Notes: a model not told the origin generated them from the sequence alone. Shown: positions 1 to 12,541, numbered from the stretch's first letter. The stretch: DNA of 64,000 bases from an uncultured Bacteroidales bacterium (GCA_963818295.1 CAWFRW010000009.1:98342-162341); one strand, 5' to 3'. Program-made: numbers and translations.

Positions 1-628
1 TAAGCTCATTAACTTTAAAAAATTCGCTATATCGTATCTCTATTCCATTATCATTAAAATCAGGTTCCGGAATTGCTTACAATACTTTTACCATTTTCAC
101 AATTAATCAGATATTTAATCCTAAGACTCTTTACGAGAGCATCTGTCACAAGTATACCATCGGTACATTTCAGATTGCTGCTGTCGAGTTTTAAATCATT
201 TACATAATCTCCTAATATAACAGGCAAAACAGCAGTTGTAAATTCCATATTTGCTTTTCAGATATGAAGCAGACCCATAATATAACTTTTTATCAAAACG
301 GTCATTTATCATATATTGAATCACCTGTAAGAAAAATTCTGGCAACTTCTATTCCCGCATGACTTTTAAGTGTTATAAGAAACTTGTCAGGCATCAGAAA
401 CTTAACGGTACCAAGCCCGTTTTTCTCTTCCTCTCCTGATTTTATGCTGAATTCTGCCCGCTCAATAAAAAAGCTTCTGGCTGTAAGATTCTGATTTAAA
501 ATATTATCATATAAACTAATTGTCCTGGTGGAATTTATGTTTTCCTTACCTCCTCTTTTCTGTTTCCGGGAAACTGAGCAGCTCCCTGACAAGAAAAGAA
601 TAACCAATATGTAAATTATTTTCCGCAA
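1..628 (-). pseudogene. DUF4292/LolB-like lipoprotein; frame broken, 3' end runs off the window
   Basis: ORF 302..628 opens with a lipoprotein signal, MRKIIYILVILFLSGSCS. The reading continues in other frames through ORF 60..248 and on to base 1 (..NGIEIRYSEFFKVNEL). The start abuts the TPR gene stop at 629-631. Family name is from memory. Confidence 0.5.
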
Positions 629-2351
629 TTATCTATCGCTTCCTGTAAATTTGATTTCTGTACTGTCGAGCTTCATTGCATAATTCCAGCTTTCAACAGC
701 TTTATCACATTTATGCTGTCTTGAAAGGATAAATCCGTAATGCTCATACCATTCAGCATCAGGACCTTCACCGGAATTTATTATTTGCTTCCATAATCTT
801 TGCCGCCTCCTTTAACTTACCTCTTTTATAGAGAACCCATGCATAGGTATCCAGATATGTATTATTTCCTTTTTCCTTCTCAATGACCCTCTTCGCCATC
901 TCCTCTGCCTCTTTGAGATTCTTGATCCTGTTCTGCCAGGTAATATGCATAATTATTAATTACAGTAAGATCATCACCATTTACTTTTATGGCTGCTTCA
1001 AAAGTTTCAAAAGCCTTTATATAATCTTTCATCCTGTAATAAACATCCGCCCTCATTGTAAGAACCTGAGTCATAAATTCCTTATTATCACCTGCAAGAA
1101 TTTCAGCTTTTCTGAGCTCTTCCAGAGCAATATCAAACTTCTTATTTTCCAAGAGCACCATTGGCATACAATATCTTTGCCAGGAAGGACCTGTTGAATC
1201 GTGTAGCGCATTCTTCACCGCTTTTCATCAGATTTATATAGTCCTTTTTCTGATTATAAACGAGCAGAAGCTTTTCCCATGCATAATAATTATCCGGATT
1301 TACTTTTACAATTTCTTCCAGTCTCTCTGCAGCATCATCAAGCTTACCCACTTTAACAAGAAATTCAGGTCTTAAAAGAGGTACTATATCATCATTTTTA
1401 TAATTTGCTTCAAAAACCATAAGTGCAATCAGCAATTCATTGCTATTTTTGCTTATAAGATCCGGCAACTCAATTAATCTCGCAAACAATGATAATTTTA
1501 TCTTCTCTTTTAACGTTATTGTTAAGAATAACATTGTTCATCAGCAGAAACAATTCTGAATAGTTCTTTGCATTTATAAGAAAATCACAAATAGCCAGCT
1601 GAATCTGCGGGTTATCCGGATTTCGTTCAAGCAGTTTGTCATATACTTCCTTTGCTTTTTCCATTTCGCCTTTACTGGCATATATTTCAGCCAGCAAGAC
1701 CATTATACAGCACCTCATCCGGAAATTCTTTAATAAGCAATTCAGCTTTTACAAGAGCTTCATCATACTTTTCCTCGCTTACAAGAGTCCTGATCGCTGA
1801 AACCGTAGAATTTTCATTTACACCATATTTTCTGTCAAACGAATCAAAAATTGAAATTGCCTTATCATAATTCTTATTTTCAGAATAAAGATTTCCAAGA
1901 GTCAGCTGCAGATTTTCAACATCAGGGTAATATTTAACGGCTTGTTCATAGTAATAAATTGCACTGTCCACTATTTCTTTCCTGATAATAAAAACCACCC
2001 ATCATCATCAGATACCATATGTTCTGATTATCTATTTCAATTGCCTTTTTCTAACAATCTTTTTCCATTACCAAGGTCTCCGTTTGCACTGACAATCTGT
2101 GCCATCTGGTAATAGGCAGCATCACTTTCCGGATTCAGTTTTACTGCATCCTCAAGCAATTTGAGAGCATCACCTCCATTGCCCATAAGCTTCTGCTTAA
2201 CAGCTTCAACATACAGATAATTAAATTTTGCATTATCATAGCTCTTGTCCTCTGCTCCGATAATCTCAGAAGGAACAACCTTTTTACTGCATGAAACTGA
2301 TGCAATTAATGCAACAACAATCAAAAATATCAGATATTTACTTTTCTTCAT
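629..2351 (-). pseudogene. Large TPR-repeat lipoprotein, split into at least 6 ORF fragments by frameshifts
   Basis: The six minus-strand ORFs 768..950, 880..1218, 1142..1534, 1470..1718, 1687..1998 and 2037..2351 all read as TPR repeats (..AYYQMAQIV.., ..AIYYYEQAVKYYPD.., ..YAWEKLLLVY..). The N-terminus MKKSKYLIFLIVVALIASVSCS is a lipobox. The last piece reads ..AMKLDSTEIKFTGSDR, with the stop at 629-631. Confidence 0.8.
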
Positions 2352-2355
2352 AATC

Positions 2356-2604
2356 CTATTTTTCCAGTTTCTTTGAACCCTCCTTACTTTGATCTTCTAC
2401 AATGGGACTTTTAACGCTGATAAATTCAGCTTTCTTGTTGATAGCAACAACCTTCCGGCAAATCATATACTGCTCCCTTATAACAAAATTCTCATAATAT
2501 AAATTAACAGGAATAATGCCAATTTCGCCATCTTATTCCGAATAAATTGCCATTGAATATCGAGGGATAGAATGCTCCGATTTATTTAATATCCTTATAT
2601 TCAT
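2356..2604 (-). pseudogene. Small hypothetical ORF (83 codons) with an in-frame TAA at 2533-2535
   Basis: ATG at 2604; it reads MNIRILNKSEHSIPRYSMAIYSE*DGEIGIIPVNLYYENFVIREQYMICRKVVAINKKAEFISVKSPIVEDQSKEGSKKLEK in a single frame. The stop is 5 nt before the TPR gene start. No family recognised. Confidence 0.25.
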
Positions 2605-3183
2605 AAAAACATTTAAAAAAAAATAAGAAATTAATCAGCCCAATACTCTGATTTATGGTCCTAAAAACTATAACGGAAAATTTCTATAAAACTCTCCAGA
2701 CCCCATCAGAATTATCTTCGCATTAAAAATTAAGTCCGAAAATTACCATAAAAAGAGCGATTAAAAAATAAGGGAACAGTTTTATCATATAATAATCAGT
2801 CGTATAATGCTGAATCCCGGCAATAAAAAGCCTAATAATTTTATTTTCCTATAATACTCCAAGAACTGTCTATCAAACCATATATTACATATTGATATAT
2901 ACGGAATTCCTCACTACCCAGATAATAAAATAGCTGGTCGTAACTCATTGAAATATCCTGTTTAATCCTTATATACGCCTCATTCACTGAAATTAACATA
3001 AATTGAAAGTAATATTTACGAGTATAGCTCAAAGTTAAATATCTTTGCACATTGCTTTGTGGCACGTTATTAACCAAATCATTAAATTCATGAACAACCT
3101 TTTCATAAAGTTGCTTATAATACCTGTACTCCTTTTAATACATTCATGTAACGCTCCGCGGAGGAAATGAAAATACTTCAATA

Positions 3184-3908
3184 TTGATTAAAACTACATC
3201 AGGTGACATTAAAATAAAACTATATGATGTTACACCTGTCCATCGTGATAATTTCATTAAACTTGTAAACAGCAATTTCTATGATAATGTTTCCTTTCAC
3301 AGGGTTATAAAAGATTTTATGATACAGACAGGGGATCCTCTGACACGTCCGGAAAAATCAAAAACTATTCCTGATTCATTAAATACCTATACACTTCCTG
3401 CAGAATTCAATCCAGCATGTTTTCACAAGAAAGGAGCTCTTGCAGCTGCCAGGAAAGGAAATGAAGAGAATCCTGAAATGAGATCTTCAGGAACACAATT
3501 TTATATTGTTCAGGGAATAAAATACAATGATGCTGAATTGGATCAGGCAGAATTCCGAATCAACAGCAATATCAAACAGGCAATATTCAATAAAATTATC
3601 AAAGCAGACTTCAGACAGTCTGCGCACTAGCAGGAAAAACAGTCTCAGATTCAGAAGATACAGGAAATTGCCTCTGTAAGGATGTTTGAATATCTTTCCG
3701 GAAATAATAATTATAAAATACCTGAAGATCAACGTAATATTTATAAAACATTGGTGGTGTTCCCCGTCTTGACGGAACCTATACTGTTTTCGGAGAGGTT
3801 ACAGAAGGACTTGATGTTGTTGACAGGATAGCTGCTTCAGCCACAGACAGCAACGACAAACCTTTGACCGATATAAGAATACTTAAAATAAAAATTATCA
3901 AGAAATAA
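3184..3908 (+). pseudogene. Cyclophilin-type peptidyl-prolyl cis-trans isomerase, frameshifted
   Basis: ORF 3184..3630 carries the cyclophilin core FHRVIKDFMIQTGDP. The C-terminus GGVPRLDGTYTVFGEVTEGLDVVDRIAASATDSNDKPLTDIRILKIKIIKK is read in another frame and ends at 3906-3908. Confidence 0.8.
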
Positions 3909-3931
3909 TTCAGTATTAAAATAATTTTACA

Positions 3932-4973
3932 ATGCTTCAAAAGATTAAAGAACTGCTGGATGAGATAACAAATCTCACAATAAAAGATTGCGGATGAACT
4001 CGAAAAATTCCGACTCAGGTATCTAAGCAAAAAAGGTATTATTTCAGACCTTTTTGAGGATTTCAGGAATGTTGCTGCCGCAGAGAAAAAAGAGGTTGGC
4101 CAGAAGCTTAATCAATTAAAATCAAGCGCACTTGAAAAGTTCAATACAGTTAAATCTCAGCTTGACGATCATCAGGAAGCCTCTTCAGGTCTTGATCTCA
4201 CCCGTCCTTCATTTCCCTTTAATTCAGGTTCGAGACATCCTATATCAATTGTAAGGAATGAAATAATCGATATATTCATGCGTATCGGATTTACGGTTTC
4301 CGAAGGTCCTGAAATAGAGGATGATGATCATGTATTTACAAAACTGAATTTTGCACCCGAACATCCTGCCCGTGATATGCAGGATACCTTTTACATTTCA
4401 AGAATATCTCCTGAAGATTCAAGTCCGGGAGATATACTTCTGCGCACACATACCTCGTCAGTCCAGGTAAGGGTCATGCAGGGTGAAAAACCTCCGATAA
4501 GAACCATTTCTCCGGGCAGGGTATTCCGTAATGAAGCAATTTCCGCACGTGCCCATTGCATATTTCACCAGGTGGAAGGTCTTTACATTGATGAAAATGT
4601 ATCCTTTGCTGATTTGAAACAGACATTGCTGTTTTTCGCCCGTGAAATGTTTGGAAAAGATACTGAGATCAGACTTCGGCCTTCCTATTTTCCATTCACA
4701 GAACCTTCTGCAGAGATGGATGTAAGTTGCAGAATATGCGGCGGAAAAGGCTGTAATGTATGCAAATATACCGGCTGGCTTGAAATTCTTGGCTGCGGCA
4801 TGGTTCATCCGAATGTGCTTGAATCCTGCAATATTGATAGCCGTAAATATACCGGCTTTGCATTTGGTATGGGTATTGAAAGACTTGCCATGCTGAAATA
4901 TCAGGTCAATGATCTTCGTTTATACTTTGAAAACGATATAAGGTTTCTCGATCAGTTTAAAACAGCATTCTGA
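3932..4973 (+). pseudogene. pheS: Phenylalanine--tRNA ligase alpha subunit, one frameshift near codon 20
   Basis: The N-terminus is [19 protein letters not shown]. After a 1-nt shift near 3989 it continues [24 protein letters not shown] 4278..4973 holds the class II catalytic core ([35 protein letters not shown]). Confidence 0.9.
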
Positions 4974-5032
4974 CATAGATTATTAATTATAAATTCTATA
5001 TTTCAATATTGAATATAACTTAAAAAAGATAT

Positions 5033-5743
5033 ATGAAGCACCAGGATATTCAGGTACCTTTATGTGACAAATGTTCCCTTGAATCATCTTCAATTTTCAA
5101 ATTTCTCAAAGCTGATGAAGTTACTACAATAAATTTTGAGAAGGATTTTCGTCAGTACAAACGCGGTGACATTTTGTATCAGGAGGGCAACCGTATAAGC
5201 GGATTTTACTGCATCAACAGTGGAATTATCAAAGTATTCAAAACAGGATTTGATGGTAAGGAACAAATAATCCGTTTTGCCAAGAAGGGAGACATTATAG
5301 CCTACCGCAGTGTTCTCAGCAATGAACTTGCCTGTACATCTGCAAAGGTTATTGAAGATTGTAATGTTTGCTTTATTCCTTCTGAAATTCTTATTTCCTT
5401 TATAAAGACAAATCCGAATTTTGCTCTCGAACTTGTAAAACTGGCCTGTCATGAACTTGGAGAAGCCAATTCATTTATAACCGACATAGCTCAGAAGACT
5501 GTGAGGGAACGTCTTGCTGAAGTACTTCTTTTCCTTGTAAACGATTTCGGTCTCGATAATCAGCAATTTCTAAATATTTCACTTACCCGTGAAGAGCTTG
5601 CAAATATTGTCGGTACTGCAACCGAATCGGTAATAAGGCTTTTATCTGAATTCAAATCTGATAAACTTGTAGAATTAAATGGACGGAGAATAAAGATTAT
5701 CAATACAAAGGGTCTTGAAAAGATAAGTAATGTCTTCAGTTAA
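5033..5743 (+). CDS. Crp/Fnr family transcriptional regulator
   Basis: Intact 236 aa ORF. It has a cNMP-binding-like beta-roll (GDILYQEGNRISGFYCINSGIIKVF) and a C-terminal HTH (TREELANIVGTATESVIRLLSEF). Confidence 0.85.
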   Translation: MKHQDIQVPLCDKCSLESSSIFKFLKADEVTTINFEKDFRQYKRGDILYQEGNRISGFYCINSGIIKVFKTGFDGKEQIIRFAKKGDIIAYRSVLSNELACTSAKVIEDCNVCFIPSEILISFIKTNPNFALELVKLACHELGEANSFITDIAQKTVRERLAEVLLFLVNDFGLDNQQFLNISLTREELANIVGTATESVIRLLSEFKSDKLVELNGRRIKIINTKGLEKISNVFS

Positions 5744-5872
5744 AGTCTCCCCACTTCTCTGCTTTTATAATGTGTGATTCCCCTTGTGTCTTTCGTATAA
5801 TACCCTTACGATAACACCCTGCAGCACAAAATATTCTTTTCTCATCTTTTTTAAAAAAGCGTTCCAGGCATA

Positions 5873-6877
5873 TTATATCCGAACTGTCTGCCCAAGATGC
5901 CTGTATGCATGTTCGGTAGCTTCCCTTCCTCTGGGTGTTCTTTTAAGATATCCTTCCTTTATCAGGAAAGGTTCATAAACCTCTTCAATAGTACCGCTTT
6001 CTTCTCCAACAGCAGTTGAAATTGTATTTAAGCCTACCGGTCCTCCGTTGAATTTATCAATGATAACAAGAAGGATCCTGTTATCCATTTCATCAAGTCC
6101 GTGCTGATCTATGTTAAGCGCTTTAAGTCCGTATCTTGTTATGTCCAGATCAATTATCCCCGAGCCTTTTACCTGTGCGAAATCACGTATTCTCCTTAGA
6201 AGCGCATTTGCTATTCTCGGTGTTCCCCTGCTTCGTCTCGCAATTTCTACAGCAGCTTCATCATGAATTTTAACATTCAGTATTCCGGCCGATCTTGTAA
6301 TGATTCCTGTAAGTATCTCCTGGTCATAATATTCAAGGTGAAATTTGATTCCGAATCTTGCTCTGAGCGGACTTGTCAGCAAACCCGACCTTGTTGTGGC
6401 GCCAATAAGTGTAAAATTATTCAGTGAAAGCTGAACAGATCTTGCGCTGGGACCCTTATCGATCATTATATCGATCTGGAAATCTTCCATTGCTGAATAG
6501 AGGTATTCCTCAACAACCGGACTCAGCCTGTGTATTTCGTCAATAAAAAGCACATCACCTTCCTGAAGATTGGTAAGCAAACCAGCCAGGTCTCCCGGCT
6601 TATCGAGAACAGGACCTGAAGTTACCCGAAGATTTACATTAAGTTCATTTGCAATTATTGAGGCAAGAGTTGTTTTACCAAGTCCCGGAGGCCCATGAAG
6701 CAGAACATGATCGAGCGATTCTCCTCTCTGTTTTGCTGCCGTAACAAATACTTCAAGGTTATCAATTACCTGTTTTTGTCCTTTGAAATCATTAAAGCTC
6801 AGAGGCCTTAATTGTTTTTCAAATTCCTTATCGGTAAATGAGACTATATCCTTTCTGACATCAAGATTCTCTTCCAT
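5873..6877 (-). CDS. ruvB: Holliday junction branch migration helicase RuvB
   Basis: Intact 334 aa ORF. Walker A is [11 protein letters not shown], Walker B/sensor is LFIDEIHRL, and the RuvB C-terminal winged helix is present. Confidence 0.97.
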   Translation of the reverse strand: MEENLDVRKDIVSFTDKEFEKQLRPLSFNDFKGQKQVIDNLEVFVTAAKQRGESLDHVLLHGPPGLGKTTLASIIANELNVNLRVTSGPVLDKPGDLAGLLTNLQEGDVLFIDEIHRLSPVVEEYLYSAMEDFQIDIMIDKGPSARSVQLSLNNFTLIGATTRSGLLTSPLRARFGIKFHLEYYDQEILTGIITRSAGILNVKIHDEAAVEIARRSRGTPRIANALLRRIRDFAQVKGSGIIDLDITRYGLKALNIDQHGLDEMDNRILLVIIDKFNGGPVGLNTISTAVGEESGTIEEVYEPFLIKEGYLKRTPRGREATEHAYRHLGQTVRI

Positions 6878-6889
6878 TGTAACAATACT

Positions 6890-8444
6890 TTATTTAATCA
6901 GTTTTGTATCGGTCTCCGGAAGCTTTATTTTAACTCCGTTGATACTTACCTCGATATCATTCTTATATGCAATAGTCAATAAAGTATTTCCTTCCTCATC
7001 AAATTTCTTCCATGTCTTTTCTCTTATACCCATCTGATAATACTGTTCTTCCCTTACTCTCCCGTCAACATAAAAATATGTTTGGGAACCATCAGGATTA
7101 CCCTGAACATAACTTCCTTTTGATTTAATTTTTCCTTCAGGATAATAAGTTTTCCAGAGTCCGTCCTTTAATCCGAGTATATACTTTCCTTCTTCCGTAT
7201 TATCACCTGATTTATATTTCCATTCTCCATTTTTCTCCCCATCAGAATATTGTCCCTGTGTTATAATATCTCCTGTAATTGAATATTCAGTAAATGAACC
7301 GTCACGTTTTCCCTGGAAATATTCCTCTTCCCTCAGTATAGCATTGTTTTCGTAATACCATGTCCAGAGACCATCGGGCCTGTCCATTATTATAAGATCC
7401 TGTCTGTTCCACTTTACCGGCAGGGCTATAGAATTTCCAGATCCCTGTTCTTCTGTTATCGGTAAATTGTCCTTCAGCCATAACTTTTCCGTCCGGATAC
7501 AGATCCTTCCATTTACCATTTCTGTTTCCTGCTTCATCAACAATACCTTCAGAAATAAGAAGCCCGTTATCGTTATAGACATAAGCATTTGTAACCTTTC
7601 CATCCTTTCCATAGTCTCTGTGAATTCCTACAGGAATCTTATTTCTGTACGGACCGCTATAGATCAGCTTTCCGTCTGAATCATGCTTATTAACAATTTC
7701 AATATCAGGTTCATCTTCAACCTTATTTTTTACAATTGAACCGTTATCGTACAGCATTGTAAGCACAAGTTTTCCCCTGTTGTCATATTCCTTATAATAT
7801 CCATTGAGAAGGTCATCCTTAAAGCTTTTCTCTGACTTTATTGATCCGTTCGGATAAAAATCTTTCCAGCTTCCCTGTTTAAGTCCTTTGTTGTCGGTCC
7901 TGTTTATCTTTTCCCTGCTTATAAGAAAATCATTATTGTATTCAAGGAGGGTTATAATATTTCCATCTTTATCATACTCTTTTGACAGTCCTTCCTTCTT
8001 ACCATCATTGTAAGCTATTGTCTGTTGAATTTTTCCATCGGGATAATAGATATAAGAAATACCTTCCTTTCTGTCACCTGCAAAAAGCTCTTTTGACCAG
8101 ATATAGACTCCTGCAGATGGATCTTTTTTATATTTATAATACCATCCATTTTTCTTGCCGTACAGATAATTTATCTTTTCTGTCGTATCACCGGCCTGAT
8201 CATAAAATATCCATATACTGTCGAGCATGAAATTTGTACGTTTGCCTTCAGACTTCTTCACGCCTGTGACATAGAAGCTCTTCCAGAATCCTTCAGGTCT
8301 TCCGTTCTTTATTAATCCCTGACTTGAGATAGTTCCGTTAGGGTATTTAAATACCTGAAAACCATCCTGCAATGGAGTACTATCCTGGCCATTTACAAGA
8401 TTAATCAACAAAAAAAAGTAAAGTAATAACCCAATCTTTTTCAT
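6890..8444 (-). pseudogene. MORN-repeat (YwqK-type) secreted repeat protein, one frameshift
   Basis: ORFs 7302..8444 and 6890..7612 overlap in different frames. Both carry the repeated G.W..YYPNGK....G.Y..GK..G.W motif. N-terminal signal is MKKIGLLLYFFLLINLVNG. Confidence 0.75.
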
Positions 8445-8447
8445 AAT

Positions 8448-9405
8448 TTAAAGACCCAGTTTTTCAGATATTTCCATCATTCTTACTATAGGTTTCCTTG
8501 CCATGAGAAGTATATTACTATCAAGAGTAATTTCAGGTTTTTCATTTCTCAGACAATTTACAATTTTTTCCAATGTAATCATCTTCATAAATGCTGCATT
8601 CATTGCAACCACATGTTGAATCCCTTGGAGGAGCAGGAATATACAGTCTTGTCAGGATTTTCTTTTATCATCTGGTGAATTATACCAGGTTCAGTACCGA
8701 CAATATATGTTTTTCCACTGTCCTTCTTTGTATACTGCAGGAGAGCTGATGTGGATCCTATAAAATCGGCAACCAATCTTACCGGCAATTCACATTCAGG
8801 ATGAACAATTATTTTTGCATCAGGATTTTCATCTTTAAGTCTTAAGAATGGCTTCAAGAGAAAACTCTTCGTGCACATGGCATGTTCCGTTCCAAACCAG
8901 GATATCTCTTCCGGTTTTGTTCAGTACATAATTTCCAAGATTTCTGTCAGGTGCAAATATTATCTTTTCATCAGGCGGCAATGATTCTACAATTTGCACT
9001 GCATTTGATGAAGTGCAGATTATGTCTGAAAGCGCTTTCACTTCTGCGCTTGTATTTACATATGTAACAACAGTCCTTCCGGGATTATCATTGATGAATT
9101 TTTCAAAATCAACTGCCTTGCATGAATCTGAAAGGCTGCATCCTGCATTCATATCAGGAAGAAGGACTTTCTTTTCAGGTGCCAGAATCTTTGCTGTTTC
9201 AGCCATAAATTTAACACCGGCAAATAAAATTATATCAGCATTGTTTGAAGCAGCTTTCTGAGAAAGTGCCAGGCTATCTCCTACAAAATCAGCTATATCC
9301 TGAATATCTCCCGTCTGATAATAGTGAGCCAGAATTATAGCATTTTTTTCCTTCTTTCAAATTCCTGATCTCCGCTATTATATTTTCCGATCCCTTCGTT
9401 TCCAT
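8448..9405 (-). pseudogene. nadA: Quinolinate synthase NadA, at least 4 frameshifts
   Basis: Fragments, in gene order: [18 protein letters not shown].., [30 protein letters not shown] 8835..9206 ([19 protein letters not shown]), ORF 8600..8878 (IIVHPECELPV), then IPAPPRDSTCGCNECS..MKMITLEKIVNCLRNEKPEITLDS..MMEISEKLGL, with the stop at 8448-8450. Confidence 0.9.
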
Positions 9406-10050
9406 AATCCATTCAATATTTCATTCTGTAAACTTACTAATTATACTTATATCGTTATTTTTAATAATCCTGCTTTTCTGATTCTTATTAACATCATATT
9501 TCTTTAATTCTTAATTATAAATTTTTTTCTAATGATGATGATGATATGCTGTTAATAGTGTTAAAAGAAAATTCAGATTTTTATTGTTTTTTACGACATT
9601 GAAACTATATCAACATCTTTTCAACAGATCAAAAAATATACCATTTTTGAAAATCAGCCAGTTAGTGGACTAATTAACAATTGTTATGAAAAGGTTACTG
9701 ATATAGTCATAAGAGCAAAATTATAGTTTTTAAGGTTGATTTCAGGTTCATATTTAGACATTCTTTTTTTAAAACTTTCTCCCGGCATGTTCAAAAGAGC
9801 TTAAAATTCAAAAAATGGTCAGAAAGCCGGTATTTATAAAAAGTAATATTTTCTTTTTTACATTTTATTAACATGAATTGTTAATTGGCGGCATGTTTTA
9901 CCTATTGCATTACAAACAATATTATTCCAGTTTTGTTATTCATACACATTTCAAAGTATTATATAAGATATGACTTTAGTTTTTTCTTATAATTAAGCAA
10001 TTATATTAATTTGCGACATTATTTCAGAAATCAAAATAAACACTAATACC

Positions 10051-10498
10051 TTGGAAAAGAAAAAGCTAGCGATTGGATCTGATCATGCCGGTTATTTCCT
10101 GAAAGAAAAGCTGTTGAAATATCTTGCGAAGGAGCAGTATGAGGTCAGGGATTTTGGTACTTACACTGACGAGAGTGTTGATTATCCTGATTATGCACAT
10201 CCGCTTGCGAAGGCAGTTTCATCGGGGGAATTTGAACTTGGGCATTTCAATTTGCGGGAGCGGCAATGGTATTAATATGGTTGTAAACAAACATCCGGGG
10301 ATAAGAAGTGCGTTATGTTGGAACGAAGAAATAAGTCGTCTGGCAAGAGCGCATAATGATGCCAATATATGTGCTTTGCCAGGGAGGTTTATTTCTGAAT
10401 CTGAAGCATATCTTATAGTAAAAACATTTCTTAATACCGGTTTTGAGGGCGGACGACATAAGAGAAGAATAGATAAGATTTCATTAAAAATGTATTGA
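10051..10498 (+). pseudogene. rpiB: Ribose-5-phosphate isomerase B, one frameshift (extra C at about 10243)
   Basis: MEKKKLAIGSDHAGYFLKEKL..GEFELG joins ISICGSGNGINMVVNKHPGIRSALCWN..ARAHNDANICALPGRF once a single base is removed. Confidence 0.88.
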
Positions 10499-10500
10499 TT

Positions 10501-10941
10501 ATGCTTTCAAACTCATGCAGGTATGGAATAAGGGCTGTAATTTATCTGGCCAGTCAGGCATCAGGAGATTCAAAAACAGGCATCCGGCAAATATCCAAGG
10601 ATCTTGATCTGCCGACTCCATTTCTGGCAAAAATACTTCAGCAGCTTGCAAAACAGAAGATACTGAGCTCCTCTAAAGGACCTCATGGTGGTTTTTCTCT
10701 TTTGAAGGATCCAAGGAATATTACCTTGCTTGATATAGTAAACACAATTGACGGGTATGATACTTTTACAAATTGTGTTATGCACAAAGGTACATGCGAA
10801 GGGGTGAACTCTGAAAAGAAAATCTGTCCTCTTCATGAAGACTATGAAAAAACAAGATCTGATCTGATAAGGCTTTTCAGCAATAAAACAATCGATGAAC
10901 TTGTAAAGAAGGCGGGCAGTTCAGAGTTTATTACTATCTGA
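10501..10941 (+). CDS. Rrf2 family transcriptional regulator
   Basis: MLSNSCRYGIRAVIYLA.. is a winged-helix N-terminus typical of Rrf2/IscR-like proteins. The ATG at 10501 is preferred over the TTG at 10495. Confidence 0.85.
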   Translation: MLSNSCRYGIRAVIYLASQASGDSKTGIRQISKDLDLPTPFLAKILQQLAKQKILSSSKGPHGGFSLLKDPRNITLLDIVNTIDGYDTFTNCVMHKGTCEGVNSEKKICPLHEDYEKTRSDLIRLFSNKTIDELVKKAGSSEFITI

Positions 10942-10962
10942 CATTTTCCTTCTGCCGCGGGT

Positions 10963-11314
10963 TTAAAAATCAGCCATAAAAGTGCAGCAGCGAAATACTC
11001 CCGCAGCATCGGCAAGGGCATCATAAAAATCTCCCGAACGTGTGGAGGTAAGCGATAAACTGCAAAATTTCCATCAGTATTCCATATGCAAGGGGAATGA
11101 GAGCCAGCAAAAAAAGGTTCCAGGGATTTTTCAAAATCTTCCTGTGCTCAAGTATAATTACGGACATCAGGATAAAGTACATTGCGAAATGGACTATCTT
11201 ATCGATATGGGGAATATTAGCCAGTTGTATCTTTTCAAATTGTCCTGATTTTGCCAGGCTCAGATAGAGCAATAAAAGAGACACCAGTATTGAGAATAGA
11301 TTCTTCCTTATCAT
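10963..11314 (-). pseudogene. VanZ-like membrane protein, frameshift near the C-terminus
   Basis: ORF 11021..11314 is a small multi-TM protein (..DKIVHFAMYFILM..). The tail SGDFYDALADAAGVF.. is read in another frame. The exact 3' end is uncertain. Confidence 0.5.
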
Positions 11315-11389
11315 TATTAGATGTTTGTCGCAAAAATAATTATAATTATGGTATTTTATTCATACATTTCCGATTTGGTTTTATAAAGG

Positions 11390-12527
11390 ATGGCAGGCAT
11401 CTATCTTCATATACCGTTATGTAAAAAGCTCTGTTTTTACTGTGATTTCTATCACATTATTTCAACCGGGGACAATACAGCATTTGTCGATGCACTCATC
11501 AGGGAAACTGCGCTGAGAAAGGATTATCTCGGCAATGAAACTGTATCAACAATCTATTTTGGAGGCGGCACACCCTCTGTTTTGTCGATTAGCAGAACTT
11601 GGTTTAATTATTGAGCAGATCAGAAAAAGCTACAGTGTAGGGGAGATTTGTGAAATAACTGCAGAATTGAATCCTGATGATGTTAATCCGGAATACCTGG
11701 CAGGTCTGAAACAGCTTAATATCAACAGGGTCAGTTTAGGGGTGCAGTCGTGGCGCGACCCGGTGCTTAAGATGCTGAACCGCAGGCATGATTCTGCGCA
11801 GGCGGAGAAGGCTCTTAAGGATATCATGGCAGCCGGATTTGAAAATATATCAATGGATCTGATCTATGGAATTCCGGGTATGAGCCTTGAGGAGTGGGCC
11901 GCAATTCTTGATTTTACATTTTCATTCGACATAAAGCATCTTTCAGCTTATCATCTTACTTTCGAAACAGGGACTGTCTTCGGCAAGATGCTTGAAAAAG
12001 GTCTTATTTGCAGAGGTGGATGAGGAGGATAGTGTGGCGCTCTTCAATTTGCTTATAGAAAAAGCTGAATCTGCCGGTTTTATCCATTATGAGATCTCAA
12101 ATTTCGGCAAGCCAGGATATTTTTCAAAGCATAATTCAAATTACTGGAAACAGGTTAACTATGTTGGTCTTGGCCCTTCAGCCCACTCGTTCAACGGTTA
12201 TTCACGTCAGTGGAATATAAGGGATTTTAAAGGTTATATAAAATCTGTCAATTCAGGGAAAGTTTTTTATGAGCAGGAGGAACTTGATCTTAAAGCACGG
12301 TTCAATGAGTATGTTATGACATCTCTGCAGAACCATGTGGGGTATTGATCTTGATTATGTTGAGAAGACTTTTGAGAAGGAGGGTTATGATTATATTGTC
12401 AATTTAGCAGGGAAATTCAAGAATTACGGTCTTATCAGAGCAGGACAAAAAAAACCTGGTCCTTACGAACCAGGGGAAGATAATATCCGATAATATTATT
12501 TCAGAATTTATGCTGCCGGCTGACTGA
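11390..12527 (+). pseudogene. hemW: Radical SAM heme chaperone HemW (HemN-like), at least 4 frameshifts
   Basis: The CxxxCxxC motif is in HIPLCKKLCFYCDFY, followed by TIYFGGGTPS. ORFs 11535..12023 and 11992..12348 follow. The tail ..WGIDLDYVEKTFEKEGYDYIVNLAGKFKNYGLI..NLVLTNQGKIISDNIISEFMLPAD ends at 12525-12527. Confidence 0.85.
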
Positions 12528-12541
12528 CAGTTATGAAACAG

